Assembly (NCBI GenBank): GCA_030141605.1
Contig: JAQGDQ010001866.1
Span: 1-23,025 of the forward strand
Direction of reading: 5' to 3'
DNA from: Tubiluchus corallicola
Lineage: Eukaryota > Animalia > Priapulida
DNA: 23,025 nt
Below are positions 1-10,855 of the stretch, piece by piece. The position numbers and the translations under genes were made by a program. The notes beneath the pieces were generated by a model. That model was not told the DNA's origin. It was given only the letters and a program-made list of their open reading frames with translations, and ran no database searches. Each line of letters opens with the position of its first letter. The stretch's first letter is position 1.

Positions 1-190
1 CTAATGCATAATTAAGTAAAATCACTCTACACATGGACTAATGCATAATTAAGTAAGATCACTCTACACATGGACTAATGCATAATTAAGTAAGATCACT
101 TTACACATGGACTAATGCATAATTAAGTAAAATCACTCTACACATGGACTAATGCATAATTAAGTAAAATCACTCTACACATGGACTAAT
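1..190. repeat. 37-bp tandem minisatellite (CTAATGCATAATTAAGTAAAATCACTCTACACATGGA), 5 copies plus a partial, truncated by the window start
   Basis: Unit restarts at 1, 38, 75, 112, 149 and 186, ending about 32 nt before the AG at 221-222. Confidence 0.95.
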
Positions 191-222
191 ATTCTGATTA
201 CCTTACGTCAATTTTTTGACAG

Positions 223-351
223 AAGCTGCCATTCGTGTTGACGCCATGATTGTTCCGGGAATGGCGGGAAACAGTTTTCACAAAATGCTCACAGGAGGCG
301 TGGTTGGAACTGTTGAATTTCTTGGATCAGACGTTAAAAACATTAGCATAG
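223..351 (+). CDS. SORD: SORD-like MDR protein, first exon in window (internal exon; upstream exons lie outside the window): (E)AAIRVDAMIVPGMAGNSFHKMLTGGVVGTVEFLGSDVKNISI(G)
   Basis: Acceptor tttttgacAG (221-222), donor G|GTGCAT (352), phase 1/1. GTVEFLGSDVKNISIGD matches the MDR GroES-like motif GxVxxvGxxVxxlxxGD. Confidence 0.8.
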
Positions 352-712
352 GTGCATGTATGATAATAATTAATTTTTCTAAAAATCTTTCCTCTAACTG
401 GGAGTAGCTATTCTTGCTTCGCTGTTACGCATTACAATTCAATTCTAGTCGGCTTTTTCTCCTGCTTATCCTGTTCTGCTGTGTCTCATTCTTGTCCAAG
501 AGAGATATTGTTCCCATGGGCGTCTCGTACCCTGTTCAAAGCGGTCCTTTGGTATCTCCCTGGTCTGCTCCGTACTCCTACCTTCATTCTGCTCTGTCCG
601 CCATGCTTTCTTATCTTCTGTTGTAGTTCTTTTTAACTTCATTTTGAAAATTTTGTGTCATTTTTGGCTCTTATTTGTTTATTGAGTTTAATGAAGTTCT
701 TCCCTTTTCAGG

Positions 713-1766
713 CAGTGGCGGCTCGTAGCTAAAATTAGTGGGGGTGCTGCTTCAGAAAATGGTTAGCCATTGTTTTAATACTGGGTAAAACGTAACAAAC
801 ATACGTAATTTTAATGTTGTAGTTATATTTGAAGATCGGTTGTTGAACAGCCTCTTTTCTTAACCCTTTCAGTCCCAAATCATTTTTAATAAGAAAGAAA
901 TTTTTGGCTTGGTACTTTTGTTCCCAATGTATCCTGTGGGATACACAACATTCTTTGTCATATGCAAAAAAACAACGTCCGACTTTTTTAAAAACACAAC
1001 AAAAGCAAAAAATGTGCTTCATTCTGTAACTGCTGATAATTTTTTAAAGTATTTAAGACACTTAGTATGCACGCTATGCTGATCTGTACGAAGTCGTCTC
1101 TAAAGTACAGTACCTTGCGCAGTTTTTGCTACGTAGGTTTTCTAGTTTGCCATTTTATCACTATTTTAAGTCTATTGTTATTGGCTTAAATCAAAATAAC
1201 CATTAACAGATCAAATAACTGTCAGTTTTAAAATTTTATTAATTTTAAAGGCAGAGAATATTCTCGTATCCCACGGGATACAACGGGTATGAAAGGGTTA
1301 ACTGTAACTTTCTCATGGAGAAACAACTGTCAAAAATTAAGCTGTTGTTGTTCACTTAGAGTTACAGAACTTATTTCTTGGGGATGCAAGGCGTCCATTA
1401 TTAAATAATCTATGTTTTAGGCACGCGCGCTAAGTTTACACTTTATCACATCCAAGAATATGACAATACACGGTAAGCACGTGGCAACTGTTACTGTGAT
1501 AGACACAGTACTCTTCTACATAGAAGCAGACGCTAGCGTACAGCGAGTTATCTAAGACATGTGGGCATGGCCGCATGCGCACAACAGCCAAACACCACGT
1601 TGCTTAGGCTGTAAAGCAAACAGTACTTCACCCACGTGCTTTGGTTCTGCACAAGTATAAAGAAAGAACTAAAGAAAAAAGACTTATTATATTGATATTA
1701 TCGATAATAATGAGTGAGAAAAGGGGGCGCTGCAGTTCCACAGTACCTACACACGAGACGCCACTG
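713..1766. mobile_element. Non-autonomous hAT-type DNA transposon
   Basis: TIRs CAGTGGCGGCTCGT (713-726) and ACGAGACGCCACTG (1753-1766), 13/14 match. Degenerate 8-bp TSD TTTTCAGG / CTGTCAGG. A second, inverted copy of the right end starts at 14334. Confidence 0.75.
864..1297. mobile_element. Non-autonomous piggyBac-type element nested in the hAT element
   Basis: TTAA on both sides (860-863, 1298-1301), termini CCCTTTCA...TGAAAGGG, and asymmetrically placed subterminal inverted repeats TGTATCCTGTGGGATAC (928-944) / GTATCCCACGGGATACA (1266-1282). Confidence 0.75.
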
Positions 1767-1839
1767 CTGTCAGGTGAAGACATCATTTGTCTTCTGCATT
1801 TACGCTTCATTCCATTTCAAATTATGTTCTGACTTAGTC

Positions 1840-2975
1840 TGTTATCTGTTCCATTCTATTTCATTTCTTCCTATCTAATAATGTTCTTTCCATCCCGTCT
1901 CATTCCATACGATCTCATCCCTTTGCATCATATCACGAACATCACATCACAAAATTTTAATATATGATATCACATCTGATCTTGTCACACTGCATCCCAT
2001 CATACTGCATCACATCACATCGCATCACATCACATCACAATACAATACATTGTTACGGGGGCAAAATGCCATTTTTTCACCCCTCCCCACTACATTGTGG
2101 TGGTTCGATCCACTAGGAAGCCATTGCATATCAACTATAAGCAGCTGGTATGGAATGGCATCATCGGCTCATTGGGTTGGCAGGCAGGGGCGTTTTCCAC
2201 CTCAGCACCTGCTCCGTAATGACAACTGGCAAGGAGCACAATGGAGTAGATATCTGGCGAGTTACTCACAGATACGCCATGACGTGCATATCAGCACCAC
2301 CCACTCAACGTTACAATATCATATCACATCATATTCCGTCATGTCACGTCACATCATCAACACCTTACATCACGTCACATCGCATTACAGCACAGCACAT
2401 CGCATTACGTCACATAAATTTTAAAATATGATATCACATCACATCACATCCCGTCACGTCACGTCACGTCACGTCACATGCCATCCTATTATATCACATA
2501 ATATTGCATCGCCTCACATCAGGTCGCATTACATTACATTATATCATGTCTTGCCACATTGCATCACCTCACATTACCCGAATTTAAAAATATATCACAT
2601 CACATCACATCCCAGCATGTCACATCCCATCATATTACATTACATCACATCGCATCACATCGCCTCACATCACATCGCATCACATTACGTCGTATCACAT
2701 TACAATGCATAATATCATGTCACATCACATCGTATCACATTACATCATCAACACATTGCATCACGCCACATCGCAACACAGCACAGCAGTGATACAGAAT
2801 CAGATACATCATGTCAAATCTCAATTTTTCACTGTGAATTTGACTCCATCTCGTTGCATCGCATCTCATTTAATAACATTTTAATAACATTACATAACGT
2901 AACATTTTAATAACATTCCATAACGTCACATTCCTCCTCATCCCGTGCCATGCTATTCAGGCCTATTCTATCACA
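1840..2975. repeat. Degenerate pentanucleotide simple repeat (CACAT/CGCAT/CACGT; TTCCA-like at the left edge), interrupted at 2051-2315
   Basis: Visible 5-nt periodicity. It generates the His/Ile/Thr/Ser-rich ORFs. Confidence 0.9.
2051..2315. mobile_element. Probable solo LTR (265 bp)
   Basis: GC-richer complex block inside the simple repeat with ends TGTTACG...CGTTACA (TG..CA, 6/7 inverted match), internal TATAA near 2136, and an imperfect 4-bp TSD ACAT/ATAT. Confidence 0.55.
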
Positions 2976-3034
2976 TTCTTAGTTGAGACCACAATAATCT
3001 TACTTATTAATATGTAAACTCCAATGCCTTTATA

Positions 3035-4267
3035 ATGATTACAGGTGACATTACAATTTTACTCATTTTACCTGATTATTATTACCTGGCAATGATTACA
3101 GGTGACATTACAATTTTACACCATTTTACCTGATTATTATTACCTGGCAATGATTACAGGTGACATTACAATTTTACTCCTTTTACCTGATTATTATTAC
3201 CTGGCAGTGATTACAGGTGACATTACAATTTTACACCATTTTACCTGATTATTATTACCTGGCAATGATTACAGGTGACATTACAATTTTACACCATTTT
3301 ACCTGATTATTATTACCTGGCAATGATTGCAGGTGACATTACAATTTTACTCCTTTTACCTGATTATTATTACCTGGCAGTGATTACAGGTGACATTACA
3401 ATTTTACACCTTTTTACCTGATTATTATTACCTGGCAATGATTGCAGGTGACATTACAATTTTACACCATTTTACCTGATTATTATTACCTGGCAATGAT
3501 TGCAGGTGACATTACAATTTTACACCTTTTTACCTGATTATTATTACCTGGCAATGATTACAGGTGACATTACAATTTTACTCCTTTTACCTGATTATTA
3601 TTACCTGGCAATGATTACAGGTGACATTACAATTTTACACCTTTTTACCTGATTATTATTACCTGGCAATGATTACAGGTGACATTACAATTTTACACCT
3701 TTTTACCTGATTATTATTACCTGGCAATGATTACAGGTGACATTACAATTTTACACCTTTTTACCTGATTATTATTACCTGGCAATGATTACAGGTGACA
3801 TTACAATTTTACTCCTTTTACCTGATTATTATTACCTGGCAGTGATTACAGGTGACATTACAATTTTACACCTTTTTACCTGATTATTATTACCTGGCAA
3901 TGATTGCAGGTGACATTACAATTTTACTCCTTTTACCTGATTATTATTACCTGGCAATGATTACAGGTGACATTACAATTTTACTCATTTTACCTGACTA
4001 TTATTACCTGGCAATGATTACAGGTGACATTACAATTTTACACCATTTTACCTGATTATTATTACCTGGCAATGATTGCAGGTGACATTACAATTTTACT
4101 CCTTTTACCTGATTATTATTACCTGGCAATGATTACAGGTGACATTACAATTTTACACCATTTTACCTGATTATTATTACCTGGCAATGATTACAGGTGA
4201 CATTACAATTTTACACCTTTTTACCTGATTATTATTATTATTACCTGGCAATGATTGCAGGTGACAT
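3035..4267 (+). repeat. 57/58-bp minisatellite, 21 units, overlapping the exon-2 splice acceptor
   Basis: CAG|GTGACAT recurs with GT at 3045, 3102, 3160, 3217, 3275, 3333, 3390, 3448, 3506, 3564, 3621, 3679, 3737, 3795, 3852, 3910, 3967, 4024, 4082, 4139, 4197 and 4261. Confidence 0.97.
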
Positions 4268-4414
4268 GGTCACAATTGGACAACGAAGCCACTGCAGCAA
4301 ATGCGAGATCTGTAAAGCTGGAAGAAGTAATATTTGTGTGGCTTCCTCGTCCAGGCGTTTCTACAAACGAAATGACTTACTCTATTGTGTGCAATCAGCC
4401 AATGCTTGTTACAG
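4261..4414 (+). CDS. SORD: SORD-like exon 2 in window, with the structural-zinc loop: (G)DMVTIGQRSHCSKCEICKAGRSNICVASSSRRFYKRNDLLYCVQSANACY(R)
   Basis: Acceptor ttgcAG (4259-4260), donor AG|GTATTT (4415). C-x2-C-x2-C-x7-C motif at 4293-4337. Confidence 0.9.
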
Positions 4415-4434
4415 GTATTTTAACATAAGTAGTA

Positions 4435-5300
4435 TGAACATAATATAACGTAACGGAACTTAATGACAGGACATAACAGGACATAACATGACATGATTGA
4501 CATGACAAGACGTAATATAACATAAAATAACAAAACATAATAAAATATAACTTAACGTAACGTTACTTAAAAACAGGGCATAACATCATGACATGTCATG
4601 ATATGACATGATATGACATGACAAGACGTAACATGACATAAAATAACATAACATAATATAATATAACGTAACGTAACTTAATAACAGGACATAACAGGAC
4701 ATAACATGACATGATATGACATGACAAGACGTAATATAACATAAAATAACAAAACATAATAAAATATAACTTAACGTAACGTTACTTAAAAACAGGGCAT
4801 AACATCATGACATGTCATGATATGACATGATATGACATGACAAGACGTAACATGACATAAAATAACATAACATAATATAATATAACGTAACGTAACTTAA
4901 TAACAGGACATAATATGACATGATATGATATGACAAGACGTAACATAACATAACATAGCATAACATAATATAATATAACATAACGTAACGTAACTTAATA
5001 ACAGGACTTAACATGACATGTCATGATATGACATGACAAGATGTAACATAACATAAAATAACATAATATAATATAACATAACGTAACGTAGCTTAATAAC
5101 AGCACATAACATGACATGTCATGATATGACATGACAAGACGTAACATAACATAATATAACGTAACGTAACTTAATAACAGGACATAACATGACATGATAT
5201 GACATGACAAGATTTAACATAACATAAAAAAACATAACATAATATAGTATAACATAACGTAACGTAACGTAACGTAACGTAACATTATGTAACATAAATA
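4435..5300. repeat. Compound pentanucleotide repeat (ACATA/ACATG/ACGTA) with a ~218-bp higher-order duplication
   Basis: 5-nt periodicity. The block starting AGGACATAACAGGACATAAC occurs at 4468 and 4686. Confidence 0.9.
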
Positions 5301-5622
5301 GTTGTAGTAGTAGTAGTATTAGTGCTGTTAAAAATAAATGTTCATTAACACAAAACCTTGCTTTTAAGCTACATGTAGTTCGAAAAAGGTAATCTTAGTA
5401 TGATGTAGTATGAGCCTGATTTAAGGTAAGGAGAGTTGACATAATATGGACTCTTAATTTGTTTTGCATTTCCAGGACTAGCAGCGTAAGTGAGCTAAGA
5501 GAAGTGGTATGCTGTTTGAATATGTTAGAAATACGGTAATGTCAGTACATGTAGTAGTGATTGCAGCTTTGACCATATAACAATTTAATGTGAGTAGTAC
5601 GGATCTTCAGGCACGTCAGTGC

Positions 5623-6246
5623 TAATAGTATGGATGTGTAGTTTCTGAGACACTTCTCATACTATAAGAACAGTGTGTGCCTTATAATTATGATCTTGAA
5701 GATTTTGTGACCTTTTCAGCCAGTTCACTGTTAATAGTATGGATGTGTAGTTTCTGAGACACTTCTCATATTATAAGATCAGAGTGTGCCTTATAATTAT
5801 GATTTTGAAGATTTTAAGACCTTTTCACCCAGTTCACTGTTAATAGTATGGATGTGTAGTATCTGAGACACTTCTCATATTATAAGATCAGAGTGTGCCT
5901 TATAATTGTGATTTTGAAGATTTTGAGACCTTTTCACCCAGTTCACTGTTAATAGTATGGATGTGTAGTTTCTGAGACACTTCTCATATTATAAGATCAG
6001 GTGTGCCTTATAATTATGATTTTGAAGATTTTGACCTTTTCACCAGTTCACTGTTAATAGTATGGATGTGTAGTTTCTGAGACACTTCTCATATTATAAG
6101 ATCAGAGTGTGCCTTATAATTATGATTTTGAAGATTTTAAGACCTTTTCACCCAGTTCACTGTTAATAGTATGGATGTGTAGTTTCTGAGACACTTCTCA
6201 TATTATAAGATCAGAGTGTGCCTTATAATTATGATTTTGAAGATTT
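5623..6246. repeat. ~109-bp tandem repeat, about 5.7 copies
   Basis: TAATAGTATGGATGTGTAG starts at 5623, 5732, 5841, 5950, 6055 and 6164. Confidence 0.95.
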
Positions 6247-6501
6247 TGTTTTGTTTGTTTGTTGGTGTGTGTTTAACTGGCTGCAGTAGGTGAGAATGCT
6301 ATGAACTTATGGTATTAATTTAGAAGCGTTTGCACATAGATTGAGACATGGACTAATAGCATGGACAATTAAAAATAAATTACCATTAGTAGTAAGGACT
6401 TGAAGATTCTTGAGCAGTGGCACAGACATGTACAAGTTAACATCAATAGTGTGGACCTTGAGATGTAGGTTTGATTAGTACTGATAAATCAGCTTTAGGA
6501 A

Positions 6502-7070
6502 TAGTAAGTAAGTAAGTTTATTAGTTTATCACCATTTTTAAAATAGCAAAATATATAACCAAAAGATTTATAAATATGTACAACATACAATAATATTACA
6601 AAATGCAAAAGTAATTATTGATTAGTGGTGAAAGGGTGGCGAAAGAACTATAAGTTATCAAGGTCAGCCACCCTCTCAGAATTGTTACTAATATAATTAA
6701 TTAGTTAATGGCGCATGTACCAGGTAATTAAAAATTATCAGATTTTGCATTTAAGACGAATGAAAATTGAATTATTATACGAATGTGTTAGTTTATAATA
6801 AAATAATGTTCAATAATGGGAAAGAAGAGACACACGTGACTATCTTTAAATAATAATTTAACCATTACGTATTTAAAATTAATGTTATGAGGACCTAGAG
6901 CCAAAGGAAGAAAAAAAATAATTTTCCGCTTGTAGCTAGCAAAAGTGGATAAACATGTATGTTTAGTCATGAGAAAAAAGAGTTGAAAGAAAAGTATCTT
7001 ATAATTCTTTAGGATTAGCGTTCATTATTGCATAATATTAAAGTCTAAAGATATACAAAAGGTGTATATC
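6502..7070 (-). mobile_element. Possible decayed 3' end of an L2/CR1-group LINE
   Basis: The minus strand ends in AATAAA followed by a (CTTA)n tail (6502-6522), with a stem AGGGTGGC...GCCACCCT (6633-6675). No clear coding similarity, and the far boundary is uncertain. Confidence 0.3.
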
Positions 7071-7185
7071 TCATAGTATCATACGAGGCACAATTTGCAT
7101 ATATATATATTCTAACTAGTGCAAAAAATACTGCGCCAGTTGTGATGACGACAATGTTAATTACAACAGTATTTAATTTTCCTAG

Positions 7186-7304
7186 GTTACCATATGGAGT
7201 TCCATTATATACGACAATTTTCTTGCAAGAAGTTTCTAGTGCAGTTTATGTTTGCCAGAGGGCAGCTATAGCACCAGGCACCACTGTACTAATCTGTGGC
7301 TCAG
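7186..7304 (+). CDS. SORD: SORD-like exon 3 in window: (R)LPYGVPLYTTIFLQEVSSAVYVCQRAAIAPGTTVLICGS(D)
   Basis: Acceptor ttttcctAG (7184-7185), donor G|GTATAA (7305). Aligns without gaps to SORD [39 protein letters not shown] (recalled). Confidence 0.9.
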
Positions 7305-8372
7305 GTATAATGAATAAACTGAGCTGACTTGAAATAACCTTGAATTTTAGGTACATTTGCATAATTTTGCTACGTACCATAAGCGTTTGGAGATATTCAG
7401 TTTGGCCCAATAACTAAATCGTGTGTTAGCAGTTTATATGCATGAATACATGCAATGTGGCGTATCACAAGGATCCACCTTGGGACCACTACTTTTTCTT
7501 ATCTACATTAATGAAATTTTGTGTTTTGTTTCTCTCGGTAGGCTCGTAGAGAAAACCAGAAAATACTTCGTCAAATTAAACTAGTTTATTATGCGAGAAT
7601 TCTACAACAGAAAAGTATGAAGGAACGCGAAATGTTTACAGTAAACTTGAAAATCTGGAAAACGTTTGAGTGTATCTGAAAATACAGGTATACAAGAGAA
7701 TGTGGAAGCGTGCGTCCATGCGAATCTGTGTGTGTGTGTCTCAGCGGCGCCAGAGAACCTTCTAGACGTTCCTTTCCAGAATATTCTACACGGTAAGACG
7801 ATTATTCTAACGGAACATTCTATAATGTTCCATGTAATTCTAATAGACGCCAGCGATCTCCACAACATGAAGCCTACATGTTGCCTCCATCTTGTTACTG
7901 ATTTGAATACACGCTTTTCTACTAAAGATAAGCCTTTGCCTTGTCATACAGAAAGAAGTCAACGAGAACCAAATTCGTTTCATAGTAGGTCTAGTACATG
8001 TTTTGCCAAGTGGCAGGGCCTCAAGTAGTTAACAAAAGCCAAATAGGTAAAGAATAAACGTATCAGAAAGGAAATTGATACAATGACTTAAGCACTAATT
8101 ATATATTTACAAAAGCAAAATAGGTAGTGAATAAGCGGACTTGAAGAAAAAAACTTGATACAGTAACAAATAGCTAAGTGTTTGAGAATAAAGGAATTGA
8201 GTTGCTTTGCAAATTAAGAGAAGGCTTATTAGGGTACATAGATAAACTTTCTTTTATTAATAAGTCCCAGTTATTTGTAGCTCTGGTCACAATGCTGAAA
8301 TTATTAAAATCAGCTTTGTGGCCAGAGGCACAAATTTATGTGCCTGTAATAAAATGTTGATTTTGTTTGCAG

Positions 8373-8438
8373 ATTCAAACTGTCTATTAATGATTAAAGT
8401 AGCCAAAGCTTTCGGTGCAGAACACATTTGCATTGCAG
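8373..8438 (+). CDS. SORD: SORD-like exon 4 in window (66 bp, absent from the ORF track): (D)SNCLLMIKVAKAFGAEHICIA(A)
   Basis: Acceptor ttttgtttgcAG (8371-8372), donor G|GTAAGA (8439). VAKAFGA matches SORD VAKAMGA. Confidence 0.9.
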
Positions 8439-8500
8439 GTAAGATGTTGTTTCAATGCTTTTAAACGTAAGTGTGTAAGATGCAGTGAGACCTTACTTAT

Positions 8501-9059
8501 GTGGTTGGCATCCTTCTGTCTCCGAAGGCAATAGAATGTGCGCCAAGAGAGTCAGTTATTGATCACATTGATGGAGCTGCAGTGTCGACTGTGGCTGAGC
8601 AGTGCGATCCTTGAACCACTGGAGTGACCTCTCCAGGGCGCACGCCTGGGCAAGGTGTATGGAGATCCTGAGTTTCCCAGACAACAGGAACCCCCTCTCT
8701 TCCTCTCTGGTGTAGTCCAAAGGAAAGCTGAGCGATACGTTTGGCACCACATTGGCTGCAGGAGCTGCCAGAGTCAGTGAGCATGCTGCACTGGTCCGCT
8801 TTCGGGTCTCCACTCCTGATTTGGAAGGTTCACTCCTCTATACATGGCCGTTGGATCACTTGACCTCCTCCGCCCTCTAGCCGTTCGTTGCTTGTGCAGC
8901 TCCTCCGCCTAGTGTCGAGATACAGTGTGGGCATCCCGCAAGCCTACAGCACCTGGTATTCCTAGGCGGTCGCCCATCCAAATACTAACCAGGCTTTACG
9001 TTGCTTAGCTTCGCTGATCAGACGAAAACCCGTGTTTTCAACGTGATTTGGCCGTAGAC
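8501..9059 (-). mobile_element. 5S rRNA-headed SINE (SINE3-type), ~560 bp, body probably RTE-LINE derived
   Basis: Full 5S head with no downstream oligo-T terminator, then a ~440-bp GC-rich body. Flanking direct repeat AGACCTTACTTAT at 8488-8500 and 9056-9068 (9-bp TSD plus 4 nt overlapping the 5S 5' end). Confidence 0.85.
8940..9059 (-). rRNA. 5S rRNA-derived sequence (SINE head, not a functional 5S gene)
   Basis: Minus strand reads GTCTACGGCCAAATCACGTTGAAAACACGGG...AGCTAAGCAACG...TGGATGGGCGACCGCCTAGGAATACCAGGTGCTGTAGGCTT, 120 nt. Helix I pairs, box A and box C are recognisable, and there are several substitutions. Confidence 0.9.
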
Positions 9060-9461
9060 CTTACTTATAATCAAGCAAGAATCTTGACATCTCGTAGTAA
9101 AATTGAATCAAGCAAACAGCCATACGGTTATGGTGTATGCTTCACGATCAAAGTTACGCAATGTTTTGGGCAGTCAGTGAATGGATCAGTGCAGTTTAGA
9201 TTCAATACTCGTCGTGCGGGGTTTCATTCACCATGCTGATTCTTGCCGTATACCTCGTACAGGGAGTGTGCTATCATACTGGAACAGCTAAGATGCTTCG
9301 GCTGGTTCAGTAGCTCATTTTAGATTCCAGTCCAATCGCAACTATCCAAATTAAGTAGATGGTGCTATTGAATGCTGAGCGTTCAAATTAATGGGTGATA
9401 CAAAAGTTTTGACATTAATAATGACGATATTGTTATACTGTTACTACACTGAATTTACTGT

Positions 9462-9720
<259 letters not shown>

Positions 9721-10208
9721 TCATTCCTGTAACCACTAATTGTCCTAATGAATAAGCCTTTTACAGTTTCAACGACTGATGATGGTCGTGAAAAGGTCAA
9801 AGGTTAGGCTAAGTGTACCAGACGAGGCATTTGTTTACACTCGACAACACCTCACAGCCCATACTGTTGTGATACTAACAGTGTTAACAGGTAGCCAGAA
9901 CCTTATTTAGTTCATTTTTGTTGTTCTCAAGCAAGATCCTGTTAGATAATCACTCTACGCACAGACCATTGCATAATTAAGTAAAGTCCACGTAAAACAA
10001 CCAAAGTTACTGAACTGATGCGGGCAGACGGCTTTGTTTGTCACAAAAGTCACGTGACGGCCGTAGTTAAGATGCGTTGCTGTGGTACACTTAACCTTTG
10101 ACCTGGAGCAACTGTGCGAGCGCAAAACAAAAGTGTGAAAGTGCTTATTATCATTAATGTACTGATGAGTTGTTAGTGGTTATTTCGTAAACTTGTGTTC
10201 ACGTATAG

Positions 10209-10390
10209 CCAAAGAAAAGGAGGTTCTTCAGTTGGCTAAGGAACATGGCGCTGACACTACACTGCTCATAAACACAAGAGGTTTGAACTGGCGTCAGATC
10301 ACTAAACAAGTGCAAGCTGTCATTGGAAAACTAGCAGACGCAACAATAGACTGTACAATGTCACGTGACACACTTCAGATTGGAATGTAT
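10209..10390 (+). CDS. SORD: SORD-like exon 5 in window: (A)KEKEVLQLAKEHGADTTLLINTRGLNWRQITKQVQAVIGKLADATIDCTMSRDTLQIGMY
   Basis: Acceptor acgtatAG (10207-10208), donor T|GTAAGT (10391). AKEHGAD, TIDCT and QIGMY match SORD AKEIGAD, TIECT and QAGIY. Confidence 0.92.
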
Positions 10391-10552
10391 GTAAGTTCTG
10401 TTATAGACAATAGTTTGACAATGGGTCCGGTCTTCCTTAAAAGCACAAGAAAACCCTTCATAAACATAAAGCTTAAAAAATTCGTTTTGAAATTTTATAT
10501 CGCTTACATACTGCCCTTTTGCGTATAAAAATACGTAAATTTAAACACCCGC

Positions 10553-10855
10553 GATGACCGTTAGACGCAGCCATTTTCACGACAGGTCATTTGAAACAAG
10601 TTTAGATAACATTTTGTAAAGTCTGAAAAAATAATCAGAGCATTGGTAGCGCTCAAGTCATTAACTAAATAAAATTTAAAATTACTGTATCTCGTCAATA
10701 AGATTAAAAATACATTTTTGGTTAGTGAGTGGTGCACCCTGGAGGGTGAGTCAGCGACATTTTACCAATTGGTGAAAACATTTTAAATAATTAATAATTT
10801 TCTTTTCTAGTTACATAAGTCTCTCTAGCAGGTAAGCAAAATGCTAAGTAATATA

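Noticed and set aside
2050-2792. His-rich ORFs (likewise Tyr/Met-rich ORFs at 4805-5210)
   Set aside because: Pentanucleotide repeat translations.
3035-4260. CRISPR array or coding repeat (GDITILLLLPDYYYLAMIT)
   Set aside because: No unique spacers, and the 58-bp units introduce stops.
8552-8813. Three overlapping minus-strand ORFs
   Set aside because: They lie in the GC-rich SINE body and show no recognisable domain.
8940-9059. Functional 5S rRNA gene
   Set aside because: Single copy, no 3' oligo-T terminator, an internal T4 and substitutions, and enclosed with a longer body by a TSD.
9755-9800. Hammerhead-like core CTGATGA...GAAA (also near 10915-10935)
   Set aside because: Stems I and II cannot be paired convincingly.
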